From: a bacterium
Lineage (GTDB): Bacteria; Patescibacteriota; Minisyncoccia; Portnoybacterales; UBA2143
NCBI GenBank assembly: GCA_043818835.1
Contig: JBDRFK010000010.1
Location: 9,507 to 73,506, forward strand
DNA: 64,000 bases
Direction: 5' to 3'
Made by a program: the position numbers and the translations under genes
Part shown: in pieces, positions 40,848 to 50,649 of the stretch
Layout: each line of letters begins with the position of its first letter
How positions within the stretch are numbered: the first letter of the stretch is position 1
Notes under the pieces: model-generated
What the model saw: the letters and a program-made list of their open reading frames with translations, nothing else
Told to the model about the DNA's origin: nothing
The model's database searches: none

Positions 40848-41871
40848 GGTTATTCAAAAAAACAAAATTAAAAAAAGTAAAAAAACGAATGCGTCTTCGG
40901 AACTTAGAATGGACTTAGTGTCCAATGATTGGGTGGTAATTGCTACGGGGCGGGCGCGCCGACCAGAAAGTTTTGCTGAGAACAAGAGAAACATAAACGT
41001 AGTTTCTGTTAAGGATTGTCCTTTTTGCGATCAAGAAGTATTAGATACATCAATCTTTAAAAGTTGTCGATCGGATGGTTCTTGGGTAGCGTTATCAATA
41101 CCGAATAAATATCCAGCATTTACGCAACAAAAAAGTTTGAATGAACGAAAAGAAGGACCAAACAGAATTATGGATGGTCATGGTTTTCATGAGGTGATAA
41201 TAACTTATGATCACGACAAACAGATGGCTCTTTTTTCGCAAGAAGATGTTAAGCGAGTAATTGATGTTTATCAGGCTCGTTATTTATCGTTGATGAATCA
41301 AGAGTTTATTAAATATATTTCAATCTTTCATAATCATGGTCAAGAGGCTGGAGCGTCGGTGGCGCATCCTCATTCGCAGTTAATTGCTATTCCAATTATA
41401 GATCCTGGTTTGCGGGGCAGTATTGATGGAGCTGAATCTTTCTATACAAGTCAGGGAAAGTGTGTTTATTGCGCTATGCTTGAATGGGACAAGAAAGATG
41501 GTCGTAGGATAATTTATGAAAATGAAAAGTTTATTGTAGTTTGTCCTTTTGCGCCGCAGGTGTCGTTTGAAGTGCGAGTGTATCCAAAAAATCATCAATC
41601 GCATTTTGAACAAATTAATGGTAAGGATAAAGGGTTGTTTGCTGATGCCTTGCATACAGCGCTTTACAAGATTTTTCAAGGATTAAAAGATCCGGCTTAT
41701 AATTTCTATATTCACACAGCGCCGTGTGACGGCGCGAATTATGATTTTTATCATTGGCATGTGAATATAATGCCAAAAACTGCTATTTGGGCTGGTTTTG
41801 AATTAGGCACAGGTGTTGAAATATCTACTATAGAACCCGAAAAAGCGGCAGAATTTCTTAGAAAGTTTTAA
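40840..41871 (+). CDS. galT: galactose-1-phosphate uridylyltransferase family protein
   Basis: Zn site CPFCDQE and HIT-like active site HPHSQLIA. Confidence 0.75.
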   Translation: MPKVIQKNKIKKSKKTNASSELRMDLVSNDWVVIATGRARRPESFAENKRNINVVSVKDCPFCDQEVLDTSIFKSCRSDGSWVALSIPNKYPAFTQQKSLNERKEGPNRIMDGHGFHEVIITYDHDKQMALFSQEDVKRVIDVYQARYLSLMNQEFIKYISIFHNHGQEAGASVAHPHSQLIAIPIIDPGLRGSIDGAESFYTSQGKCVYCAMLEWDKKDGRRIIYENEKFIVVCPFAPQVSFEVRVYPKNHQSHFEQINGKDKGLFADALHTALYKIFQGLKDPAYNFYIHTAPCDGANYDFYHWHVNIMPKTAIWAGFELGTGVEISTIEPEKAAEFLRKF

Positions 41872-41875
41872 TATT

Positions 41876-42343
41876 ATGTTAAGTTTTTTACCACCACAAA
41901 TTGTTGTTTTAATTGTTTCAATGTTACCAATTTTTGAGTTGCGCGGTGCTATTCCTTTAGCTATTGGAGTTTATCAATTGTCACCAGTTATGGCTTTTGT
42001 TTTATCTGTCATTGGTAATATTATTCCAATTATTTTTTTGCTTTTGTTTTTGGGTTGGATGTCGGAATATTTAAGTAAACATTCATATTATTTTAATCGT
42101 TTTTTTGCTTGGTTATTTGAAAGGACAAGAAAAAAGCACAATCATAAATTTGAAGTTTGGGGAAGTTTGGCCTTAATTGCTTTTGTGGCGATTCCGCTGC
42201 CAATGACAGGCGGATGGACGGGAGCCGTAGCGGCGTTTGTTTTCGGTATACCGTTTAAAAAAGCGTTACCATTAATTTCTTTAGGGATTGTTATTGCTGG
42301 GGTTATTGTAACCTTAGCAAGTATGGGAATGTTAGCAATTTAA
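41876..42343 (+). CDS. small polytopic membrane protein (unknown function)
   Basis: 155 aa with 4 TM helices. Confidence 0.5.
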   Translation: MLSFLPPQIVVLIVSMLPIFELRGAIPLAIGVYQLSPVMAFVLSVIGNIIPIIFLLLFLGWMSEYLSKHSYYFNRFFAWLFERTRKKHNHKFEVWGSLALIAFVAIPLPMTGGWTGAVAAFVFGIPFKKALPLISLGIVIAGVIVTLASMGMLAI

Positions 42344-42345
42344 TT

Positions 42346-42834
42346 ATGAATAAGCGAAAGGCATTTACATTGATAGAATTATTAGTAGTCATCGCTATTA
42401 TTGGTCTTTTGGCGTCTATTGTTTTGGTGTCGGTGAATAGCGTGCGCAAGAAAGCGAGAGATGCGAGAAGAAAAACTGATTTAAGACAGATAGTCACGGC
42501 GATGGAGTTATATTATGATAAATATGGAACTTATGTTATTCCAGGAACAGGACATACTGGCTGTAGTTGTGGATGGTTTAATTATCAAGCTGGTTCTTAT
42601 ACTTTGTCTATTGCTCATGGATTAGAAAATTCTGGTTTTATGGTTAAAGCTCCGCGAGATCCATTACTTTCTTCTGATAACCAGACACCACAGTATATGA
42701 AATATCAATGCCAGGATGGATTTTATGTTTATGCGATATTGGAAAATCCGAGTGCTGAAGATTTGGCTACATATAATAATGCAGGTTGTAAGCCTGGTTA
42801 TGGAATGAATTATGCGGTAGGGCATAATAATTAA
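42346..42834 (+). CDS. type IV pilin / pseudopilin
   Basis: MNKRKAFTLIELLVVIAIIGLLASIVLVSVNSVR; paralog of the ORF at 9440..9886. Confidence 0.85.
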   Translation: MNKRKAFTLIELLVVIAIIGLLASIVLVSVNSVRKKARDARRKTDLRQIVTAMELYYDKYGTYVIPGTGHTGCSCGWFNYQAGSYTLSIAHGLENSGFMVKAPRDPLLSSDNQTPQYMKYQCQDGFYVYAILENPSAEDLATYNNAGCKPGYGMNYAVGHNN

Positions 42835-42839
42835 AAATT

Positions 42840-43613
42840 ATGAATAAACAAAAAATAATTATTGCTAATTGGAAATGTAATCCGACAACTAAAAAAGAAG
42901 CTCGGCGGATTTTTAACGCTATTCAATATGGCGTTCACAATCTGGAAAATGTGGAAATAATTATTTGTCCTCCATTTGTTTATATTCCAACAATTCAACA
43001 ATCCAATAATCCAACAATTAAAATTGGCGCGCAAGATTGTCATTGGGAAAATAAAGGAACTTTTACTGGCGCAGTTTCGCCAGCGATGATTAAAGATTTG
43101 GGCTGTAAATATGTTATTCTTGGACATTCTGAAAGACGCGCTTTTTTTAGCGAAACAGATGAAATTATCAATAGGAAAATTAAGATGGTTCTGAAAAATG
43201 GATTAAAACCGATATTGTGCGTTGGTGAAAAAGAAAGAGATGATAAAGAAATGAGTTTGGTTGTTGGTGATCAATTAAAAAAATCTTTAGAAGACATTTC
43301 AAAAAATAAGATTAAAGATATAATCATTGCTTATGAACCAGTATGGGCGATTAGTAAGGGACAAATTGGTAGCGGCAAACCTTGCTTACCAGAGGATGCG
43401 GTTAAAGCTAATTTATTTATTAGAAAAACACTGGCAAATTTGTATAGTCGCGCGGTAGCCGAGAAAGTTGCTATAATTTATGGTGGTAGTGTTAGTAGTC
43501 AAAATGCTGTAGATTATCTTAAAGAAGATCAAATTAACGGCGCTTTGGTTGGTGGCGCGAGTTTGATTGTTGATGATTTTATAAAGATTGTGAAGAATGT
43601 TGAAGAATTATGA
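42840..43613 (+). CDS. tpiA: triosephosphate isomerase
   Basis: IIIANWKCN, catalytic AYEPVWAIS... region, GGASL. Confidence 0.9.
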   Translation: MNKQKIIIANWKCNPTTKKEARRIFNAIQYGVHNLENVEIIICPPFVYIPTIQQSNNPTIKIGAQDCHWENKGTFTGAVSPAMIKDLGCKYVILGHSERRAFFSETDEIINRKIKMVLKNGLKPILCVGEKERDDKEMSLVVGDQLKKSLEDISKNKIKDIIIAYEPVWAISKGQIGSGKPCLPEDAVKANLFIRKTLANLYSRAVAEKVAIIYGGSVSSQNAVDYLKEDQINGALVGGASLIVDDFIKIVKNVEEL

Positions 43614-43621
43614 TTTTTTTA

Positions 43622-43691
43622 TGTCATTTCCGCGAAAGCAGGATCCAGCGATAATCAATAATCTCTGGATTCCCAATCAAGTTGGGAATGA
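43622..43691. repeat. palindromic mini-element copy H (TGTCATTTCCGCGAAAGC...TTCCCAATCAAGTTGGGAATGATA)
   Basis: 70 bp filling the tpiA-pgk spacer. Confidence 0.7.
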
Positions 43692-43699
43692 TAAAGCAG

Positions 43700-44848
43700 A
43701 TGAAGACAATTCGTGATATTTATGTTAAAAACAAAACAGTTCTAGTCAGAGTTGATCTTAACGTTGCTTTAAGAGACGGAAAAATATCTGATGATTTTCG
43801 TATACAGGCAATATTACCAACTATAAATTATCTATTTGGTCAAAATGCTAAAATAATTTTGTTGTCGCATTTGGGTCGGCCATCAGAAAATGAAAAACAA
43901 CATAGTTTGTGGGTAGTTGCCAAGCATCTTTCGGAACTAATTAAGCAAGAAATTGTTTTTATAGAAAATTTAGATAAAGCTAAGGATACAATTGATGAGA
44001 TGGATTTTGGTCAAATAGCATTTTTAGAAAATTTACGTTTTTATGATGGTGAGGTTGATAATGATGCTGATTTCGCTAAAAAATTAGCTGATTTGGGTGA
44101 AGTTTATATCAATGATGCTTTCGGCGTGTGTCATCGCATGCATGCGTCGGTAGTGGGTATTCCAAAATATCTTCCAAGTGCTATTGGTTTATTGGTTGAA
44201 AAAGAAATAAAGGTGCTTTCTAATGTGATGGAAAACTCACAGCATCCATTAGTGGCGGTTATTGGCGGCGCGAAAATTTCTACAAAAATCAAGATGATTG
44301 ATAATTTTTTAGATAGGGTTGATGATTTAATTTTGGGTGGAGCTTTGGCCAATACAGTTATAGCAGCGAAAGGAATTGCTATTGGTCGTTCGGTAGTAGA
44401 AAAAGGGATGATAGAAGAGGTTAAAAAGTTGGAATTAACTAATACCAAATTGCATATTCCTGTTGATGTTATTGTTTCGGCAGATGTCTCAGGAAGCGCG
44501 CCGAAAAGAATTGCTCCGGTTGGTAGGACAGAGGAGAATGAAATGATTTTAGATATTGGTCCTGACACGATTAACTTATTTGAACAGATAATAAAATTAG
44601 CAAATATGATAATTTGCAATGGTCCAATGGGACTTTTTGAAGTTGATGAATTTTCTGTGGGTAGTAAGAGAATAATCTCTGCTATTGCCGAAAGTGATGG
44701 TTTTTCTGTGGTTGGTGGCGGGGATTCTATTGCTTTGTTAAATCAACTCGGACTTAAGAATAAGATAAATCATATTTCAACAGGTGGTGGCGCGATGCTT
44801 AAATTTTTGTCAGGGGAAAAGTTACCCGGTTTAGAGGTAATAGAATAA
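43700..44848 (+). CDS. pgk: phosphoglycerate kinase
   Basis: VLVRVDLNV, ILLSHLGRP, GGGA...; start taken at MKTIRDI. Confidence 0.9.
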   Translation: MKTIRDIYVKNKTVLVRVDLNVALRDGKISDDFRIQAILPTINYLFGQNAKIILLSHLGRPSENEKQHSLWVVAKHLSELIKQEIVFIENLDKAKDTIDEMDFGQIAFLENLRFYDGEVDNDADFAKKLADLGEVYINDAFGVCHRMHASVVGIPKYLPSAIGLLVEKEIKVLSNVMENSQHPLVAVIGGAKISTKIKMIDNFLDRVDDLILGGALANTVIAAKGIAIGRSVVEKGMIEEVKKLELTNTKLHIPVDVIVSADVSGSAPKRIAPVGRTEENEMILDIGPDTINLFEQIIKLANMIICNGPMGLFEVDEFSVGSKRIISAIAESDGFSVVGGGDSIALLNQLGLKNKINHISTGGGAMLKFLSGEKLPGLEVIE

Positions 44849-44853
44849 TTTTT

Positions 44854-46623
44854 ATGAAATGGCGATTAAAGTCGAAAGCTCCAGAGGACTTTATTAAACG
44901 GTTTCCAGAGTATTCGTCTTTGATAATTCAATTACTATATGATAGAGGAATAGAAACTCAGCAACAAATTGATGAGTTTTTTAATTGTAATTATAAGACA
45001 GATATTCATGACCCTTTTTTACTAAAGGATATGGATATTGCAGTAGGTTCTGTTTTAAAAGCAATTAAAAATAATGAGCGTATTGTTATTTTTGGTGACT
45101 ATGATGCTGATGGCGTATGTTCTTCGGCTATTTTGTATCTTACTCTTAAGAAGATAGGGGCTGATAACATTAATGTTTACATTCCAGACAGAGGAAAGGA
45201 GGGACATGGCTTGAATCAGATGGCGGTTGAGAAAATTATCAACGAAGGCGCTAAATTAATTATTACTGTTGATTGTGGTAGTAGGGATATAGAAATGGTT
45301 GACTTGATAAACTCTCTTGGAGCGGAAATTATTATAACCGATCATCATGAAGTGGGTGACAAATTACCTAAGGCGATAGCAATGATAAATTTTCACCGAA
45401 AAGATGATAAGTATCCTTTCAAAAATTTAGCTGGGGCTGGTGTGGCGTATAAATTGGCTTGTGCTTTATTATCTTCTGAATTAGCTAAAAATAGAAAGGT
45501 AGAAAATCTCAAGAAATGGCTTTTAGATTTGACAGCTATTGCGACTGTGGCAGATGTTATGCCGATTATTGGTGAAAATCGCACACTGTTGATTTATGGT
45601 CTTGGTGTTTTAGCGCAGACAAAATGGATTGGATTGCAAGAATTGATGAATGTTTCTAAATTACAACCAAAAATAAGCAAACAATCGGTTAATGGTGAAG
45701 CGCCAATAACTAATTTAGATTCTTTCACAATTGGTTTTGTATTGGGCCCGCGATTGAACTCGGCGGGACGTATGGATCATGCAAATGTGGCTTTTAATTT
45801 ACTAACAACAGAAGATAGAAACGAAGCAATAGAATTGGCCCAACAACTTACAGATAAAAATATTGAACGGCAGAAAATGACTGATAAAATTGTTATGGAA
45901 GTTGTGAAAAGATTGGAAAAAGATTTTGACAAACCAGATAAACCAAAAATAATTTTTGAAGGTAGTCCAGATTGGTCGGTAGGATTAGTCGGTTTAGTTG
46001 CTGGTAAAATCGCCAATAAATATTGTCGTCCAACATTTATTTATCAGGACAAGGGTAATGCTATTCATGTTTCTGGAAGAAGTATTCCGCAATTTAACTT
46101 GATAGAATCCATCAATGAATGCGCAGATTTGTGTGTGCAATATGGCGGGCATAGAGGAGCGGCTGGGTTTGTGGCGAAACAGGACAAAATAGATGAAATT
46201 AAAGAAAGAATAAATAATTTTGCTGATCCACAAATTAATGAAAATGAATCAATATCAATAATAGATATTGATTCGGAATTATTTTTTGATGATGTGGGTT
46301 GGTCAAGTTATAATCAACTTCAACGTTTTGCTCCATTCGGAAATGCGAATACGGAACCTAAATTTTTAATTAAAAATGTAGAGGTGGTAAATGCGCGGAC
46401 AGTTGGTAGCGATGATAAACATCTTAAAATGGATATAAAATTATGGAATAATGATCGTAAATTAGCAAAGAATTTGAAGGCAATTGGTTTTGGCTTAGGC
46501 GAATGGGCTAATAATCTACAGACAGGCAATATTGTTAACTTGGTTTTTGAATTTACAGTTAATGAATGGAATAATTATCGCGATTTAGAACTTAGAATTA
46601 TTGATTTAAAAGTTGCTACTTAA
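44854..46623 (+). CDS. recJ: single-stranded-DNA-specific exonuclease RecJ (DHH/DHHA1)
   Basis: DYDADGV, ITDHH, DHHA1 GGH..AAG and a C-terminal OB domain. Confidence 0.85.
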   Translation: MKWRLKSKAPEDFIKRFPEYSSLIIQLLYDRGIETQQQIDEFFNCNYKTDIHDPFLLKDMDIAVGSVLKAIKNNERIVIFGDYDADGVCSSAILYLTLKKIGADNINVYIPDRGKEGHGLNQMAVEKIINEGAKLIITVDCGSRDIEMVDLINSLGAEIIITDHHEVGDKLPKAIAMINFHRKDDKYPFKNLAGAGVAYKLACALLSSELAKNRKVENLKKWLLDLTAIATVADVMPIIGENRTLLIYGLGVLAQTKWIGLQELMNVSKLQPKISKQSVNGEAPITNLDSFTIGFVLGPRLNSAGRMDHANVAFNLLTTEDRNEAIELAQQLTDKNIERQKMTDKIVMEVVKRLEKDFDKPDKPKIIFEGSPDWSVGLVGLVAGKIANKYCRPTFIYQDKGNAIHVSGRSIPQFNLIESINECADLCVQYGGHRGAAGFVAKQDKIDEIKERINNFADPQINENESISIIDIDSELFFDDVGWSSYNQLQRFAPFGNANTEPKFLIKNVEVVNARTVGSDDKHLKMDIKLWNNDRKLAKNLKAIGFGLGEWANNLQTGNIVNLVFEFTVNEWNNYRDLELRIIDLKVAT

Positions 46624-46650
46624 ATGATTTTTATTGTATAATATATAACA

Positions 46651-47088
46651 ATGAAAATAACTATAAATACAGATGGTGGCGCGCGCAAGAATCCTGGGCC
46701 AGCAGCGGTTGGTGTTGTTATCGCTAATGAGAATAGCGAAATTATTAAGAAATACGGCCAAGCTATTGGTAAGGCGACAAACAACGAAGCTGAATATCAG
46801 GCAGTTATTATAGCTCTTCAAAAAGCTAAACTTCTTTTTGGCAAGGAAAAATCAAAACAAATAGATGTGGAAATTAGGTTGGATAGCGAGTTGGTCGCAA
46901 AACAAATCAATCACGAATATAAATTAAAAGAAGAGCATATTCAAAAATTATTTATCATGGTATGGAATTTAATGATGGATTTTAATTCTGTAGTTTTTCA
47001 TCATATACCAAGGGAAAGAAATAAAGAAGCTGACAAATTAGTGAACGAAGCATTAGACAATCAAAATAAAAATGTAAGTTTGTTCTAA
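46651..47088 (+). CDS. rnhA: ribonuclease H I
   Basis: INTDGGARKNPGPAAVG...TNNEAEYQA has the RNase H catalytic DEDD pattern. Confidence 0.8.
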   Translation: MKITINTDGGARKNPGPAAVGVVIANENSEIIKKYGQAIGKATNNEAEYQAVIIALQKAKLLFGKEKSKQIDVEIRLDSELVAKQINHEYKLKEEHIQKLFIMVWNLMMDFNSVVFHHIPRERNKEADKLVNEALDNQNKNVSLF

Positions 47089-47092
47089 ATTT

Positions 47093-47121
47093 AAAAACCA
47101 ACTTTATACAAGTTGGTTTTT
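47093..47121. terminator. bidirectional intrinsic terminator (rnhA on +, rnpB on -)
   Basis: aaaaaccaact-ttataca-agttggttttt. Confidence 0.75.
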
Positions 47122-47139
47122 AAATTGTAATCATCTCAT

Positions 47140-47667
47140 AGTTCTTAGTAAATTAGTAAGCCGAATTCTGTTATACTATTTTGTCATTATCCGGTTTGAC
47201 TGGATAATCTAGAAATAATATAGATGATCATCTATCTGGGATTGATATTACTATCAACCTCTAGCGAGCTACTTGTCTTACCCCACAATAGTGGGATAGT
47301 TTGCTCTTGCACCGGGCAGGGTTTGTCACGCTATTACGTTTCCGTAAAGCGAGAAGGGTCTTAATCCTTCACTTTTCATCCTTACCAAGTTTATGTCATT
47401 CTGAACGGAGCGAAGCGGAGTGAAGAATCTCGTAGAACTTGCCACGGGATTCTTCGGGCTTTGCCCTCAGAATGACGACTGGGCGGTTTTGTTTCTGTGA
47501 CACTTTCCCTAGACTTTGCTTTAAACAATTTGTCTCGAGAACAAATTACTTAAAACTACTTCCGACGGATGTTATCCGTTGCCCTTTTTTTATGGTGTTC
47601 GGACTTTCCTCCCCGCACCACTTTTTTTGAAAAGTAGTGGAGGCAATCATCTTATTTACTAAGAACT
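47140..47667 (-). ncRNA. rnpB: RNase P RNA (bacterial type A) carrying a palindromic mini-element at the P12 position
   Basis: Minus strand shows P1 pairing (AGUUCUUAGUAAAU/AUUUACUAAGAACU), P3 hairpin, GGGGAGGAAAGUCCGAACACCAUA...GGGCA (P4 5' strand), CACAGAAACAAAACCGCC, GGUAAGGAUGAAAAGUGAAGG, CCCGGUGCAAGAGCAAACUAUCC and ACAGAAUUCGGCUUAC (P4 3' strand). All match conserved M1 RNA blocks in order. Confidence 0.8.
47394..47476. repeat. palindromic mini-element copy I, located inside rnpB between the ACCGCC and GGUAAGG blocks (P12)
   Basis: TGTCATTCTGAACGGAGCGAAGCGGAGTGAAGAATCTCG...GGGATTCTTCGGGCTTTGCCCTCAGAATGACG. Confidence 0.8.
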
Positions 47668-47742
47668 AATTAAATTATATTACATATATTATTTTTGTCA
47701 AGTCATTGACCACGTAGTCTCAAATGAGTAATATGGCAGTAT

Positions 47743-49170
47743 ATGAAGAAGCCGGAACTTACTTTTACGGCGGCGTTGGTGCCATTAGATTTTATAATGT
47801 TGTTGGGGGCCGGTTTGGCCTCTTATTTTTTACGAACTAGTATATGGGTAGAGCAATATCGTCCAGTGCTTTTTTATTTGGATTTACCTTTCAGTCGTTA
47901 TCTTATTTTAAATATTGGGTTTGCGTTATTTTTGTTAGTGGTTTTTGCTTTTGTTGGACTTTATAAGATAAAACCCATAAGATCGATTGTAGATGATTTT
48001 TTTAAAATTGTTATTGGTGTTTCGGCTGGGGTTTTTGTTTTAGTATTTTATATATTCTTACGTCGAGAATGGTTTAATTCTCGTTTTTTAATTTTATCTG
48101 GGTGGATAGCGGCTATTTTTTTAGTTACGTTTGGTCGTTTTTTGATGATTTGTTTTAAGAAATTTTTATTTAAAAAACATAAAATTAGAATCCAACCAGT
48201 TTTGGTAATAGGCGATGATAATATTAGTAGAAAGATAATTGATATTTTACAAAACAACTTAGGCTTGGGATATAAATTAGTGGCTAATTTGACAGAGCCG
48301 GATTTATACGAAATTAAAGCCAAAGTAAACGATCATGGTGTTGAAGAGATAATATTAGCTGATCTTAATTGGTCTAAAGAAAAAATTTTAGAGTTAGTTA
48401 GTTTTTGCGAAGAAAATCATATTATTTTTAAATTTGTGCCTAATTTATTTCAAACATTGACTATTAATAGTTTGGCAACAACATTAGGAACAGTGCCTTT
48501 GATAGAGATTAAACGGGCGGCGTTAGATGGCTGGGGAAGAATTATTAAACGACTTATTGATATTATTGGCGCTATATTTGCGATTATTATTTTTATGCCG
48601 ATTATGATGGTAATTGCTTTTGCAGTAAAATGGGAATCGTTCGGTCCAATTATTTATAAAGATTATCGCTATGGTTATAAACAGAAGAAGTTTGTTTTTT
48701 ATAAATTCAGATCTATGCGATCAGATCTATGTGATGGCGAATTTGGCACTGGTGCTGGTAATGAGATGCTTAAAAAATTAGAACAAGATCAAGTCAAGAA
48801 TATACGCGGTGGTAGTCCTTTGCACAAAATTAAAAATGACCCGAGATTAACCAAGGTGGGTAATTTTATTAGAAAAACATCGTTAGATGAGTTGCCACAA
48901 TTTTTTAGCGTTTTAATAGGTGATATGAGTTTAGTTGGCTATCGTCCGCATATGTCTTACGAAGTAGAAAAATATAATTATGAACAGCGCAAAATGTTTT
49001 GTACTAAACCAGGTATTACTGGATTGGCGCAAATTTCTGGTAGAAGCGATTTGGATTTTGATGAAGAAGTTAAATTGGATTTATACTATATTGAAAATTG
49101 GTCGTTCTGGTTGGATATAATTATTATGATAAAAACTCCGTTTGTTGCTTTATTCAAGACGCATCAATAA
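47743..49170 (+). CDS. polyprenyl-phosphate sugar phosphotransferase (bacterial sugar transferase, WbaP-like)
   Basis: N-terminal TM domain; C-terminal RPHMSYEVEKY...DELPQFFSVLIGDMSLVG...PGITGLAQ. Confidence 0.85.
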   Translation: MKKPELTFTAALVPLDFIMLLGAGLASYFLRTSIWVEQYRPVLFYLDLPFSRYLILNIGFALFLLVVFAFVGLYKIKPIRSIVDDFFKIVIGVSAGVFVLVFYIFLRREWFNSRFLILSGWIAAIFLVTFGRFLMICFKKFLFKKHKIRIQPVLVIGDDNISRKIIDILQNNLGLGYKLVANLTEPDLYEIKAKVNDHGVEEIILADLNWSKEKILELVSFCEENHIIFKFVPNLFQTLTINSLATTLGTVPLIEIKRAALDGWGRIIKRLIDIIGAIFAIIIFMPIMMVIAFAVKWESFGPIIYKDYRYGYKQKKFVFYKFRSMRSDLCDGEFGTGAGNEMLKKLEQDQVKNIRGGSPLHKIKNDPRLTKVGNFIRKTSLDELPQFFSVLIGDMSLVGYRPHMSYEVEKYNYEQRKMFCTKPGITGLAQISGRSDLDFDEEVKLDLYYIENWSFWLDIIIMIKTPFVALFKTHQ

Positions 49171-49174
49171 AAAT

Positions 49175-50263
49175 ATGAAAGTTGCTTTGGTTCACGATTA
49201 TTTAACTCAATATGGAGGGGCAGAAAGAGTGCTGGATGTTTTTTGTGAAATATTTCCAGAAGCGCCAATTTATACTTTGCTTTGCGATAAAAAGAAAACA
49301 GGGTTAATCTTTGAATCTAAAAAAATTTATACTTCTTTTTTGCAAAAAATTCCTTTTATTAAAAATCATCACAGATCTTTTTTAATGTTGATGCCGTTTG
49401 CGGTGGAGCAGTTTGATTTGTCGCAATATGATTTGGTGGTTTCTGATTCAGCCAGTTATGCCAAGGGGGCGATAACATCTCCAAACACAAAACATATTTG
49501 TTATTGTCATACGCCAATTCGTTATGCATGGGATGATTCGCAAAAATATATTAACGAGTTTGGATATTCAAAATTGAGTCAAAAATTTATTCCTTTTTTT
49601 ATGAACTATATTCGCATTTGGGACGAACAGGCAGCGGAAAGAGTTGATAAGTTTATCGCTAATTCAGACTTTGTTGCCGATAGAATTTTAAAATATTATC
49701 ATCAAGAATCAGAAGTTATTTATCCGCCAATAAAAACAGATTTATTTTATATCGCTGATAAGATAGAAAATTATTTTTTAATGGTTGGACGGCTGTTGCC
49801 TTATAAGAAATTTGATTTAGCGATTGAAGTTTTTAATAAATTAGGATTGCCATTGAAAATTGTTGGTGATGGTCCTGAGCGAAAATATCTACAGAAAATA
49901 GCTAAGAAAAATATTGAATTTGTTGGTTTAGTTTCAGATAACAAATTAAGAGATTATTATGCGCATTGCCAAGCCTTTATCTTTCCGCAAGAAGAAGATT
50001 TCGGTATTACGGCGATAGAAGCAATGGCATCTGGACGACCAGTAATCGCTTATAAAGCAGGCGGGGCTTTAGAATTTATCAAAGAAAATATTACAGGTAT
50101 GTTTTTTGAAAAACAGGAAGAAGATTGTTTAATAGAAACGATTAAAAGATTTGATGTTCATAATTTTAATCCACAGTTTATTCGCGCAGAAGCAAAGAAA
50201 TTTGATAAAGAAATCTTTAAAAGCAGAATTAAAGAATTTATTGATAGGGAGTATAATAATTAA
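49175..50263 (+). CDS. family 4 glycosyltransferase
   Basis: EDFGITAIEAMASGRPVIA (EX7E region). Start taken at MKVALVHDY. Confidence 0.8.
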   Translation: MKVALVHDYLTQYGGAERVLDVFCEIFPEAPIYTLLCDKKKTGLIFESKKIYTSFLQKIPFIKNHHRSFLMLMPFAVEQFDLSQYDLVVSDSASYAKGAITSPNTKHICYCHTPIRYAWDDSQKYINEFGYSKLSQKFIPFFMNYIRIWDEQAAERVDKFIANSDFVADRILKYYHQESEVIYPPIKTDLFYIADKIENYFLMVGRLLPYKKFDLAIEVFNKLGLPLKIVGDGPERKYLQKIAKKNIEFVGLVSDNKLRDYYAHCQAFIFPQEEDFGITAIEAMASGRPVIAYKAGGALEFIKENITGMFFEKQEEDCLIETIKRFDVHNFNPQFIRAEAKKFDKEIFKSRIKEFIDREYNN

Positions 50264-50281
50264 AGCCCCTTTATTGGGGCT
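50264..50281. terminator. hairpin agcccc-tttatt-ggggct between convergent genes
   Basis: Read directly; serves either strand. Confidence 0.45.
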
Positions 50282-50301
50282 CTAAGTTAGCAAGGTTTAT
50301 T

Positions 50302-50541
50302 TTATTTATTAAAATAATTATTTAATAATTTTTTTGCCAATTCAGTAGGCATAACAACATATTTAGTAGACGTAAATTTGCTTATCTTTTCTATTGCTAT
50401 TGGCAATCTGTTTTCTACACTGACATCGTTAGCATTAGATATAGTTTCTTTGACATCGAATAGTATTCCGGTAACGGTACAGGCGTCTATTTCTTGTTTA
50501 TCGTTGCGTATTTCTTTGTCTGTTATAATTAATATACTCAT
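50302..50541 (-). CDS. hypothetical small protein (79 aa)
   Basis: ORF only; no motif recognised. Confidence 0.35.
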   Translation of the reverse strand: MSILIITDKEIRNDKQEIDACTVTGILFDVKETISNANDVSVENRLPIAIEKISKFTSTKYVVMPTELAKKLLNNYFNK

Positions 50542-50649
50542 TAGATAATTCTCCTTTTTATATAAATTAATATTAAGAGCAAATTCTATTTATTATATAA
50601 TACAAATAAAATAATAGATTGTCAAGTTGTTATTAAAGGAAATAAATAA

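Noticed and set aside
47439-47630. ORF-track CDS (63 aa) in the rnhA to sugar-transferase spacer
   Set aside because: Lies entirely within the RNase P RNA gene and a palindromic element on the opposite strand. No RBS. Repeat-derived reading frame.
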